This document shows, piece by piece, positions 1 through 12,700 of a stretch of 64,000 nucleotides of DNA. The notes beneath the pieces were generated by a model that was not told where the DNA came from, did not search any database, and was given only the letters and a program-made list of their open reading frames with translations. Within the stretch, counting starts at the first letter, position 1. Each line of letters opens with the position of its first letter. Source of the stretch: Mizuhopecten yessoensis (taxonomy: Eukaryota). The translations under genes were made by a program, and so were the position numbers. The stretch is taken from contig NW_018408916.1 of assembly GCF_002113885.1 (NCBI RefSeq), forward strand, positions 62,001 through 126,000, given 5' to 3'.

Positions 1-1960
1 GCAGACCTACCCTTCCATGATGACAGCATTAAGGAACAACTACAGTCCATCACAGCACCATCCTCAGCACCACCCCCACTCCCATCACCAGCCCATCCAC
101 CCGCCCCATCACCATCAACACCACCACTCACAACCGCCCCACCACCACCACCACCACCACCAGATGTCACCGATGGCTGCAGCGCCACCTATCGTGCCAA
201 TCGTGCCTCAGTTGATTATAGACATGAAAGCAAATTTGACTGACGAAAACGAAATATGTCAGAAACTTTTCTCATTTGTGCAAACTCAGTATGGCCATGA
301 GGACGTAGTCAACCAGCCACTCAAACTATTGCAAATGATATGCAAGCTCTCTGACCAGTTGTTATTCCTCATGGTAGAGTGGGCGAGGACGTCAGTATAT
401 TTCAAGGAATTCAAGGTGAGAACTGGCATGTTAAAACTACTTAACTTAAAGTGATAAGTTTTATTGTCTAAAACTGTTGTTAAGATCTTTGCTTCATGCT
501 AATGATTGAAAGTCATTTTCAGAAGTGTCATTTTACATGCATTATAATGTACACCAAGGATTGCATTAGTACATTTACGCCATTGCGTTAACTGTAGAAG
601 TTACACGTATGTAGTTAGTTAGGTGTCCCGGTCTCTGCAGCTTGCTCATTTACATGTGTGATGCATTGTTATAGGTTGAGGATCAGATGAAGATGTTACA
701 ACACAGCTGGAGTGAGATACTTATCCTTGACTTGGCTCATCGGCTAGTCAGGGAAATATGGTCAGGGGAAGTCACTCTCGTAAGTTACACATTTAAAATT
801 CTATTGATGTGGATTTTGTCTGTTTAGACATTTTCACAGGTCATCTTTAAGTGGTCATGCACTTCAAATAACAGCTACATTGCCTAAAGATAATACAAAG
901 AATTACTTCATGTTTTGTTCAGTCTGGCCTATAACTTGATGCTTGCAAAATAATTTCCATACAAATAAAATAGATGTATTATCCACATCTGATGGACTAT
1001 TGTACAATATGTAAGGTCCTCTGAAAAAAAATAAAGCGTGAGATTTGAATTGGAAAATGAAATGAAGGATGAAAAAGTACACATGTTTTATGTCCTGTCA
1101 ATAAGATAACTTTGTAATGTTTTTATGCTTCAAAATGATTAATAAGAATTATCATACTGAAAGTAATTGTCTGTTTGGTCATTTAAGGAGAGTGGACAGA
1201 AGCTAGCCCTCGAATGTTTGGATAAGCTTGGCCTGGCAGATGCAAAAGATCGTATTCGGGAACTCATACGGAAGATGAGAGACCTAAAAATAGACGCTAA
1301 CGAATATCTATGCCTCAAGTACCTTATCCTTTTGAATCCAGGTATGTCGGCTCAACGGTGGTTTCATATAAAAATATAATACATGTAATGAGCCGGAAAT
1401 AAAATACATTCTTAGAAATGTACAAAAACAGATGTAAACAACAAAAGATACGTTTTGTATCATTTCACAACAAATGCATTCCACATACAGTGAAGCTATG
1501 GGATGTTCTTATTCCAAAACGTGCCTTTGCTTTTGGACTTCAAAGATTGTTGGCAAAATCCAAAAGGACTATGTCAGTGTTTAGCCTTTACATTATACCT
1601 GACACATGGGATTTGCCTGCGATCTAGTGATCCAGTTTTTACAGTTAAATTGAAATGGTCTATCAGGATAATAGAAAAATGGATTTTTAACCCCATTTTA
1701 TTTGTTTCACAGATGTGCCGGGTCTTGAGAATCGCCACCATGTGGAACAGTGCCAAGAAAGGGTTAATGCAGCATTGATGGAATACTGTGTAAACTTCTA
1801 TCCAAGTGTCAAGGACAAATTTGGACAGGTGTTGCTTCGGTTACCAGAAGTGCGACTTATCAGTATTCGTGCAGAAGAATTCTTGTACTTCAAACATTTA
1901 AATGGAGAGCTTCCGGAACAGACACTTTTAATAGAAATGCTACACTCGAAGAAAAAATGA
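1..1960 (+). CDS. ftz-f1: NR5A-family nuclear receptor (FTZ-F1/LRH-1/SF-1-like), 3' part: hinge plus ligand-binding domain; 5' exons lie outside the window
   Basis: Exons <1-415, 675-779, 1188-1341 and 1713-1960 join in frame through GT..AG introns. Translation includes [61 protein letters not shown] and [44 protein letters not shown]. This matches the NR5A LBD and AF-2 (LLIEML). Confidence 0.93.
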
Positions 1961-4792
1961 TTTCCCTTGTGCTTAGGCTAGATGTCTATGTGTGATATCG
2001 TTTATGTATATCAAGTCATATGATAATGAACATTGTTTGTGATGTCGGAATTTGTGTTTGTACTGCAGCATTGTATACGTTTTGTAAATACTGGCACAGA
2101 TATAGTTCTGCTAGTGTTGACAACTATAGACTCCCAATGAGGTCAGTATTCAACTTGTTAAACCCAATACAAGCCATGTCATTTTCATATTGACATCAGA
2201 TCTACTGCAGTTTTCTAAGTTAAAGAGTGCTCGTAGTTCTAGTGACAAAATCCATTGTTAATTATTTGTGTTATATATGAAAATGGATGTAAACGTTAAA
2301 TCAAAATCTGATGGTGATCAATCTAGTGTTAATCTTTGTTCAGTGTGTGTATATGTTATGACATACTATTTATTTATTGACAATTTTTCTAAAGTTGCTA
2401 TTTTTGTTTATTTTTTAGCAAATAATTTTCCTCTATCTTCACCTCACAATAGCCAAAAACGTTATCCTAGAATATGATAATTGTAATCTGACCTGGCAGG
2501 AAATTGGACTTTCTTATCAAAATTTATTTCAAATAACTGACAAGAGGTGAGTCAAAATGTTTGAAGAATTAAATGGATAGTTTGCATTTAACAACAAGCT
2601 GTTTCTTTCCTAGACTTAAAGCCGATATGTTATAATTCAATATCAAGTAATGAAACTCGCTTTGTTTACAGCTATAAATAGCTGTACGATACTGCTTGTT
2701 ATTGTGTTACTGTAACTGCTGAATATTTATGTTGTTTAATCATTTAGCTGCTGATATTTTTAGTCAGAAGTTTTCAATTGTAACTGTTGATGGTGACGTT
2801 ATAGTTACATTTATTTGAAAATAATTAGTTCTTCCTAATAGTGTTTGGTTTTTTATGCATTCCCTGTTTAGTTTCAGACTTTTTTTTATATCAAATCATT
2901 AAGAAATCATGTCTAAATTCATCAAAGTTTCAATCAAATAAGCAATCTTTTTTGTTGAAATTGTTAAGTTTCTTCCTGTCAGCATTATATGTTTAATATT
3001 GATTTCAATTGTTTAGTTGATGATATTTTTTTTTCCAGATATTTTTTTTTCCAGATATTTTTATTAATTGGCAACATATTTTAAATTTTAAAATTACGAA
3101 TTCTGCGTATATATATATATATGCAACTAATTTTCCTTTGAAAATTGCAGTATGATGATGCCAGATTTTATTTATTAATGAACAATAGGTATTGATGTAT
3201 TGGGTTTATTGCCCTGTTTTCATTATGGGTGCAAGGCAAAAAGTGCATATATGTATTTAACACATCAGGGAGAGACAGCTATCAAAATACCTGGCCCCTT
3301 TTTGTCCCCACTGTAAACCCCTACCCACAGGTAGTATACATAGTTTAGTGACTAGGGGACTCCCGGGGCCAGGTAGCTAACCCAGGTAAAGCAGTACAGA
3401 CTATCAGAACTTAGGGAGCTTGTGACAACTAGGTGGTCTCATACAGGTTATTTACGTGATCAAACATGGTACATACATCGACAGAATATCAAGGTAGTAC
3501 TCAATTATTTGTTGAAACCTTCAAGTTATAGGGCAAATTGTGATGTAGATATTAACAGCATGTTTGGAATCCATATATATATAAAAAAAATCTTTTATTT
3601 TTATTCTGATTTAGAAAGGAATATAAATGAATAGTTTTTGTGTATATTGTGTAAGAGTTGTAGTGAGAATTTTTAGTGTCTAAACATGCATGTTTGAAAT
3701 TTGTGTTGTTCATTAGTGCTTTGTTCTAATAGTGCTTTTTATTGAAAGTTATATGTGTATATTATTGATATTTCTATTGTTGATATCAATAAATTTTGTG
3801 TACTTAATATTTGCAAAAATCGAAATTTCTGATCAATAAAAATGAAGAAAGTGAAAGTATTAACATGCAATCACGCCGTTTCTCGCACACAAGAAACATT
3901 TGTTTGCACTTTTGTTCTAAAAGTCAGGATACAAAAGAACCGATGAATGTCGTTCAAATTTCATTTCACTTCTTCAGTTTTGTTACAAAAACATTCCAAA
4001 TTAGGTGGAAAAGTCATGTTAAATGCTTATATCTGTTTTATTTATTGTCAAACCATTTTTCTCTAGTAGTTATAGGTAAGTTTATGCAATTTGATTTAAA
4101 TGGTGTTTAATGTGGCGTCATATATATTTCTAAAATTATGCACTTTGGCAGTGTTCATATTTTAGAAGCTGTAGATTTCAATTTTTTCCTAAATTAATCT
4201 CTACATAAAGTCTGGTACTATGAGATCTTGAAAAGCCAAAATACCTTTTTTTTTTATATCGAGATGTATTCATAAATCAACTAAATGATTATGATGTATT
4301 TTTAGATACAACTTTTCTTTTAAATATATACCAACTAGTTTAAGTCTTTCTACCCATGAAATATATGGGATATTTGTTTTTGAAAGAAAAAAAAGTTACA
4401 AATTTGGAACAATGAAATTGAAAACTTGATCTTTTGTAGTGGTACAGTTTGCCCATTAAGGGGAAGTAACTGACCATCATACCAGACATTCGAAGTGAGA
4501 AGTTCTATACATGTGTGTGTACATACCAGTATTTTACTATGCTACAGTGCTAATTGTTTATGTGATGTTGAGAGAATGTGCCATTTTTTATGAAATAGTG
4601 TAAGTTGATGTTAAGTCGCTGCACCTTGGTTTTTTTTAAAGATGAATTGATCAATTTTAAGCATACATGATGTGTGCTATTTGTGAGTGCTTAATAAAAC
4701 CTATTGAGTCATTGAATATAAAGTTTTAAATTGAAATAATATATTTTCCCCTCTATGTTTTTACTCTATTTTGTTTTGTGTAGAAAGTTGTT

Positions 4793-4922
4793 TGTGTTGG
4801 GAAGACGTGAAATAGTCTTGGTCATGTGTTGGGAAGACGTGGAATAGTCTTGGTCATGTGTTGGGAAGACCTGGAATAGTCTTGGTCATGTGTTGGGAAG
4901 ACGTGGAATAGTCTTGGTCATG
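4793..4922. repeat. 32-bp minisatellite x4
   Basis: Unit TGTGTTGGGAAGACGTGGAATAGTCTTGGTCA starts at 4793, 4825, 4857 and 4889. Confidence 0.9.
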
Positions 4923-7900
4923 CTGTTGTCACTAAACACATTTTCTCATTCATCTACTTTTGACATTTGAATATTTTACTCAGATATCAAACATGGTTTC
5001 TACATTTTGTATGTGATGTCTTTCAAGTAACTTTTACTTGATTGTTTTTGGGGTCTAAAGATGTTTCAGCGTAATGTTGGATGTGTTTTGGTTAGTATTT
5101 TATGATAGGATAACAGATATTGCATTTCAGGCAAAAACAAAGAGGTTATAAATCTGAAAATCGTGAAAGAGAAATCTTAATATTTTGGCGGTACTTTTCA
5201 AGGTCTGGTATGAATCTTGGTTTTTGGTCGATTAGTTGTTAACATTGTGGAATGTGCCATATCTTTTAGCGTTATCAGATATTTTATATTTGTATACAAG
5301 CATTTAGCTTCATCTTTATGCATATATTTGGTATCGTTTTATTTATCATCCTTCTATAGAGTATTCAGCACTGTCTCACTATCTTACGCTGCTACGGTGA
5401 CAGCCAAAAACCAATGCCTGCAAGTTAATCAATTCCAATTCAGTTCCAATTTAGTTTTCGAGTCTTTATTGCAAACTTACCAATGTGTATGGTATCTTTC
5501 AATTTTCATTTCTGGATACAAAATATGAATGAGATCCTAGACCTTCAAGTTTACGTAAGATATATAAATCATGTACAAAATATGTTGATTCCTACAAGAA
5601 TAAAAACAATCAAGATTTTTTTATTTATCTTTTAATCATTCTGTATGTAAAAACATGTCTGGCAGCTACCTTCAGGTATTTATACACTAACTGTGAATGT
5701 TTTTGCAACTCCAGGGAGGTAATATTTTTAAGCCTAACTGATTACCTATAAAATACCTGACATTTCAATGGGATGATTTTATGAAATTTTCTTTCGGCAA
5801 TACTTTCCATTGCATAAAAGATGTCTGGTTCTAAACACCTCATTTTAAAAAAATTGAAATAGAAAATTCTTATGAAGCGTGAGGGTCTGAGCTTTTAATC
5901 AAATGTTTTTGTTGTATTTAGTGGTGATAATGTGTTTGTCCTGCATACACCAAGCTCCTTCACCTACAGCAGTATCCCACTGTTGATGGCGTGGTGGAGG
6001 CCCCTACCATGTGATGTGTTAGTTGTAATGTCATGTTTTGTCACAAATGAATAGATGTTGAACCAATTGGTCAGACTATATGTATATAGAGATATATAAG
6101 AGTTGTTGGGCAAGGAGGAGAGAAACATTACTATTTTTGAACAGGTGTTTTTATTTAACACTAACATGTAGATATAGCTCTCGCCTACCTGTATACTTAA
6201 TTTTAATATTTATTTAATTAAGAATTTAACCATAAAAATCATATCAACGATGAAAATGCATTTTCACATACTAAGTATTGACCATAAACTCTGTGTTTTA
6301 ATACGAAGCATTACATTTTCTAGTGTATAGTCATATATGTTTATGGTCCTATTCTTGGAAGAGAAGATGAAGTCCCTAGACTGATGTTAGTTCGTAGAGA
6401 TGCATTGGATACAAAACAGCAAGATTAAGTTTAATATTGAAAAGTGTCTGTATCAAATAAAGTTACTAGAACTCAAGATAAGAAAGGTAAAAAAAACCAA
6501 TTCAATTACGCATCAAAATATTTATGCACATGTTCTGAATATAGTTCATGAGACTTCTCTGAAATTGACGTCATGTTAGGTCATGTGACCAAGACGGCTG
6601 ATCATGTGATTGATCTGATTAATTTCCCATTGACTGGAATTGAGAGAGAGAAAGTGAGTGAGTGAGTGAATGGGCCGTCTGGTGCTGATGTTAGAAGTGT
6701 GAGAGGAAATTTGAAAATTGTTGGTTTTACTACTTTTCTCATCGTTTTCACAGAAAAATGTTATCAAAAGTGCTGCCGATTATTTTAATAATGCCCCTGT
6801 TTATGATTTATGATGTCGTGTCCAGATTACTCCGCACACATGAACACCTCCCAATGTGAGTACCATTGATGTTACCGTTTACATGGTTGTACGAAAGTAC
6901 ACAGATATTTTAATATGTATTGGTCTTTGTCTGGGCCTCACCAGACATGAAATAAAAAAAATGAAAATTATACATAACATTTTTGTTATCTTTCTGAAAT
7001 GTGAGGAGAGAAATAATAGAGACAAACGAATGTCGTGTATGATAGTCGAGGCTAACAAGAGTTGACGTCTTGAAAATTTGCTGAAGGTAACCCTAAAAGG
7101 AAGACACTGGAACTTTAAAAAAAAAACTTGATTGTGAACCCTCTCAAATCGTTTCGGTCGAAACCTGGTTCTTTGGAACGGTAAGTGGTTCCTGCACCAC
7201 ATGTGTCACCAAGCATAATGTCTTTCGTTTAATCCATGATATACATGTATGCTAAACGATAACTCTGTGAACCATGATGGACACTGGATTCACAAATTTG
7301 TAAATTTCGACATAATGACCGTATATTTTCCGCATTGTAAAATGACGTCTCTTTGAAAGAAAACACTTGTATGTCTGAACAATCTGTTTGTATTCATGGC
7401 ATTCCCCATATACGAAACAGATTCCAAAGAAGAGAATCAACTGTGACATCTACGGGCTCTTCAAGCAGAGGAGACTGGCATGTTACTACCGAGGACAAGA
7501 AAGCTAAAGGCCATCTACTTAATTAACTACTGAGTTGGTAAATGACTGCCAAAGATGCGTCTTTAAAGTTCTGTGGGGGTAAAAGGGATGCAAATAATTT
7601 TCGAAAATCATATTGTTCAAGGACTAAACAAAATTGTAAAAATAAGATTCAACAATTAGCATTGCTAGTTTAAATAAGCTTAACGAATTTAATCCTCAGT
7701 GAAATACAAACACCGCATTGAAATATCCTACTTAATTAAACAAAGATGTCAGTGACCGAAATAGCGAACTCTTCAACCTCTGTATTAAACAGGAAACGTT
7801 AGGGATTAAATCATAAAAGCTGTTCGTGACAATTATAGACTCGGAAGACAAAGCATGTTGTTAACAAATCGGGCAGAATCCAAGTCGACACGCATTTCAT

Positions 7901-8984
7901 AACGAAACAATGACTCTAAAGTCTTGCCTGCATTCCGTAGAAGGAAGATTTTACCGGAAATATCGAGGACGACGTCGCAACAATAAATAATCTTGACATG
8001 TAATCAAAATTGCTGCAACGTCGACGATTCTTTCTTGACCGCATTAGGAATGTTCAAAATGTAATGTATTTCTGTATTTGGTTGTTAACTCCCACAACCT
8101 AAATAAAATGTGCGAAGCATTTTTCATGCTCCACAAATATATATACATGGTACTACGATCATGTTAACCTTGTGCACTTCGGTTCCTCGACATCCAGGTT
8201 TACACTCCCTTACGTTCAGCGCACTTTGGATATATTCTACATTAGTTAACGTAATATTAATGGTATATAATGACGAATGACGATTCAATAAAAAAAAAAT
8301 GTTCGGCGATATTATAACATGACAATATCATTTGTGACCTAACTGAATTTTACGAAATGATATATCATCTAAAGTTCATTTGTATGCCTAAGTCATGAGG
8401 AGCTTAATTTCTCTTTCAGTAGCTGTGGGAAACATACCAGCCACAAATAAAAATTGACACCACTAAAACCTTAGTATAATTCTTCAGTAGTATATTTCAA
8501 CAGATTGTGAACAAGAAAACGAAGGCTAAGTAACTTGGATTGATAGAGAACTTTACATGATGTATATTAACACCATCTGGTGTCACAAATAAGCTTGTCA
8601 TACTATAAACATTGTAATTTAAAAGTGCAATGATTAATTTTACATGTCCAGATTTTTTAATAACTACGTCAAAATATATTACGAAAAGACGCTTTATGTA
8701 AAGGTCATTTACGCGTTACGATCACACCACCCATGGTTTTACATTTGTATACTGGTCAAATATGCTATCGGAACATTTTACTATGATACTTGAGGATTTC
8801 TCAAATCCACAACAATCTTTGTTTGAAGCCTCTCGACAGCTAGTAAAAGTGAAACTTTCTCAGCATGACCGAGCTATATTAATAAACGTTAGATGTTACG
8901 GCAAGAGATTGACAAGTTGTTATGCCGGTAATCTTTCTTTATGGAGACATCGTCCTTAATGCCTCACTGAAAACTAAGCTGTTT

Positions 8985-9350
8985 AGGTTTTGGTTTTGTT
9001 AAGTTTAACGTCATATTAACAGCTAAGGTCATTTAAGGACGTGCCTCCATGTCGGTTGTTCAAGGATGCGTGCGTGTATGCGTAGTAGACAGGGTATGTT
9101 GATGTTCCTGCCTCCTTCATCTTCGCTAGCCAAGGGTTACGATCCGGTACGATCCGGTCGTACCGATCCGGTACGATCCGGTTTCCTACTCTTCCTTGTG
9201 ATAGCGCGGATCTGATGCCGACTTTAAAGTGCTATCTCACTGAAATACCATGCCGAAGGCACCCAGCACAGCATTCCGCCCGGTCACATTATACTGACAA
9301 CGAGTGAATCAGTTGTCATTACCCTAAAATATGAACGTTCAGCAGGGAAT
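8985..9350 (-). mobile_element. Partial mollusc-type SINE (Meta/Nin-like core and tail)
   Basis: Tail TTTGGTTTTGTTAAGTTTAACGTC..AAGGTCATTTAAGGAC plus core CCCGGTCACATTATACTGACAA. A similar tail occurs at about 25310-25435. The family assignment is from recall. Confidence 0.55.
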
Positions 9351-9792
9351 AAGCTTACATCGTAATGTATCATTAATAATTAAATTACATTTGAATAATT
9401 CCGATATTTTTAAGGAGTTTGAACGTTTGGGTGACTATAACTTCTTTGAGAGAGATTGTTGAACCTTAATCTAACGTTTTAAACGTGCTATGAAATACAA
9501 ACTGTTCTATAAATTATTGTTATTGATAAGAACATTTTCATTTGTTTTATTAAAATGTAAATGCAAACTGTGCATAATTTCACGATTAATTTATTGAGGA
9601 ATGATGATACAATCTGAGAAAATCTGACAAAAAGATAGGTATTGATTGGTACGTGTTGTAGAAAAAATATATATTTGACGGACGATTAATTAGGTCGATA
9701 TTCATTTAACATCCCGTGTCGAAATCATGTCATGTTATTCTCTCCTTAGTGAACATTTCTTCCAAAAATCTTCTCATGATTTGGTACGTATT

Positions 9793-12700
9793 TCATGCTT
9801 GACTGATTGTCCTGAAATTTGTCTTGATTGAAGCATCTCTCTTGGGGTCAAGGAAAATTTTCCCCTCCATATCTGTATAGTTTGCGCATTCCTTTATGGC
9901 CGAGTTGGGTACCTTAGAAACAGAATACGAAGGCAATTAACAGCTGCCAATGTTATACAGAGTAATGTCTACTCAAGTCAAATGCGACTTGGTAATAATT
10001 GTTTTACGTTAAACTTTAAATTTCAATAACTATTTCAACGTGCGTTAAAATGTATTTTGGATTGACTCAACAGTGTAATGTTTACAGTGTGTACTCAGTC
10101 CAATCGGGAACCTCGGCACTTTTCGTAAACGAGAAAATACCTCGGGAGTGGAAGGCGGAGTAAAACAGACAAATTTTGTCCAAAAAGACTTTCCGGTGTA
10201 AGCATCAAGAAGTTAGTCGCGGGTATTTTCTGGTTTACGGAAAGTGCCGACGGTTCCCGATTGTACTCGGTCCTAGCATTGGCCATGAGTGACATATACT
10301 TTACATTAACCGAGTGAACACAACCCTGGGTGTACATTACATACCAAGTTTTGACTTTGACTTTACCTGGTGTAGTTTATACATCATTTGTTGTCTTTGA
10401 GTGTACTATATATCCGCAAATTTGTTTCCGAGTGCACTCTACATTCAAGCCTTGATTTTAAGCTGATTTTACATACCTTAATTTTGTTTTTAGGGGTAAT
10501 TACCAAACATTTTACAAATCGATGTTCTACAGTTTAGAAAGATCATTCGATCATTTCCTGTACACATTGCCTTGACATTAGGCAGCAGCACGGCCCGGCG
10601 TACACACTTGTCATGATTTGCACACATCATGGTGAATAAAGATCAGAGGCTAATATGTGGGTCCAGATAAGAATTTCAGTACTTTGAATTTTGGAGAACA
10701 CTTGTGAAATAATTATAATGTTACAAACCTCCAAGTATTTATACAAACCTCTATAAGATTCATCAAATTAGAAACAAGGGTTTAAATGATTGAATTCTAT
10801 AGAATACGTGAATGCACGGATACTATATCACGGACAAAGTCACTGCTGATGTTCACCTGGTGTTGCGATATGTACCGGGGTTGATGGTCACCCGGTGTAA
10901 GAATGTGTACTGGGAATGATGTTATCCTGGTGTAGCGGTGTGTATCGGGGTTATGCAATTACCTCGTGTAGCGGTATGTACCGGGGTTATTTTTACCTGG
11001 TGTAGCGGAGCGTAACGGGGGCGACGTTTACCTGGTGTAGCGGAGTGTAACGGGGTCGACGTTTACCTGGTGTAGCGGGGTATACCGCGGTGATGTTAAC
11101 TTGGTGTAGCGAGGTGTACCGGGAGTTATATTTACCTGGATTAGCGATATGTTTCGGGGGGTTTAGAATTGTTTACCTTGTGTAAAGGTACCTACCGGGG
11201 TTATGTTTACCTGGTGCCCCGGCGTATACCGAGAGTGATGTTTACCTGGTGTAGAGGTGTGTACCGGGAAGATGTTTACCTGGTGTAGTGGTGTGCACCG
11301 GGATGATGTTTACCTGGTGTAGTAGTATGTATCGGGGTGATGCTTACCTGGTGTAGTGGGGTGTACCGGGATGATGTTTACCTGGTGTAGTAGTATGTGT
11401 CGGGGTTATGTTTACCTGGTGTAGCGGTGTGTACCGGGATGATGTTTACCTGGCATAGGCGTGTGTACCGGGATGATGTTAAACTGGTGTAGTAGTATGC
11501 ATCGGAGTTATGTTTACCTGGTGTAGTGGTGTGTACAGGGGTTACCGTGTGTAGTGGTGTGTATCGGGATGGGGGTAATGTTTGCCTGGTGTAGCGGTGT
11601 GTACCGGGATGATGTTTACCTGGTATAGGCGTGTGTACCGGGATGATGTTAAACTGGTGTAGTAGTATGCATCGGAGTTATGTTTACCTGGTGTAGTGGT
11701 GTGTACAGGGGTTATGTTTACCGTGTGCAGCGGTGTGTGCCGGGATGTTGTTTACCTGATGTAGTGGTATGTATCGGGGTTATGTTTACCTGGCGCAGTG
11801 GCGTGTACAGGGGTTATGTTTACCGTGTGTAGCGGTGTGTACTGGGGTGATGTTTACCGTGTGTACTGGGGTGTACTGGGGTGTACTAGGGCTAATTTTT
11901 ACTTTGTATAGTGGTGTGTACAGGGGTTATGTTTACCGTGTCTAGCGGTGTGTACCGGGGTGGTGTTTACCGTGTGTAGTGGTGTGTATCGGGATGATGT
12001 TTACCTGGTGTAGGTGTGTACCGGGAAGATGTTTACCTGGTGTAGTTTTGTGCACCGGGATGATGTTTACCTGGTGTAGTAGTATGTATCTGGGTGATGT
12101 TTACCTGGTGTAGTGGTGTGTACCGGGATGATGTTTACCTGGTGTAGTAGTATGTATCGGGGTTATGTTTACCTGGTGTAGTGGTGTGTACAGGGGTTAT
12201 GTTTACCATGTGTAGCGGTGTGTACTGGGGTGACGTTTACCGTGTGCAGCGGTGTGTACCGGGATGATGTTTACCTGATGTAGTGGTATGTATCGGGGTT
12301 ATGTTTACCTGGCGCAGTGGTGTGTACAGGGGTTATGTTTACCGTGTGTAGCGGTGTGTACTGGGGTGATGTTTACCGTGTGTACTGGGGTGTACTGGGG
12401 CTAATTTTTACTTTGTATAGTGGTGTGTACAGGGGTTATGGTTACCGTGTGTAGTGGTGTGTATCGGGATGATGTTTAGCTTGTGTAGGTGTGTACCGGG
12501 GCTCTTGTTTACCTTGCCTGGCGGTGTGTACCGGGTCTGTTGTTTACCTTGGCTAGCGGTGTATACCGGGGCTTATGTTGACATTGTCAAGCGGTGGGTA
12601 CCGGGGATGTTGTTTTCCTTGCTTAGCGGTGTGTACCGAGGTGATGTTTACCGTGTGTAGTGGTGTGTATCGGGATGATGTTTAGCTTGTGTAGGTGTGT

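Noticed and set aside
1961-8980. Short ORFs downstream of NR5A
   Set aside because: AT-rich 3' UTR and intergenic sequence (AATAAA at about 3788, 3835 and 4693) with non-ATG or low-complexity ORFs and no exon signals.
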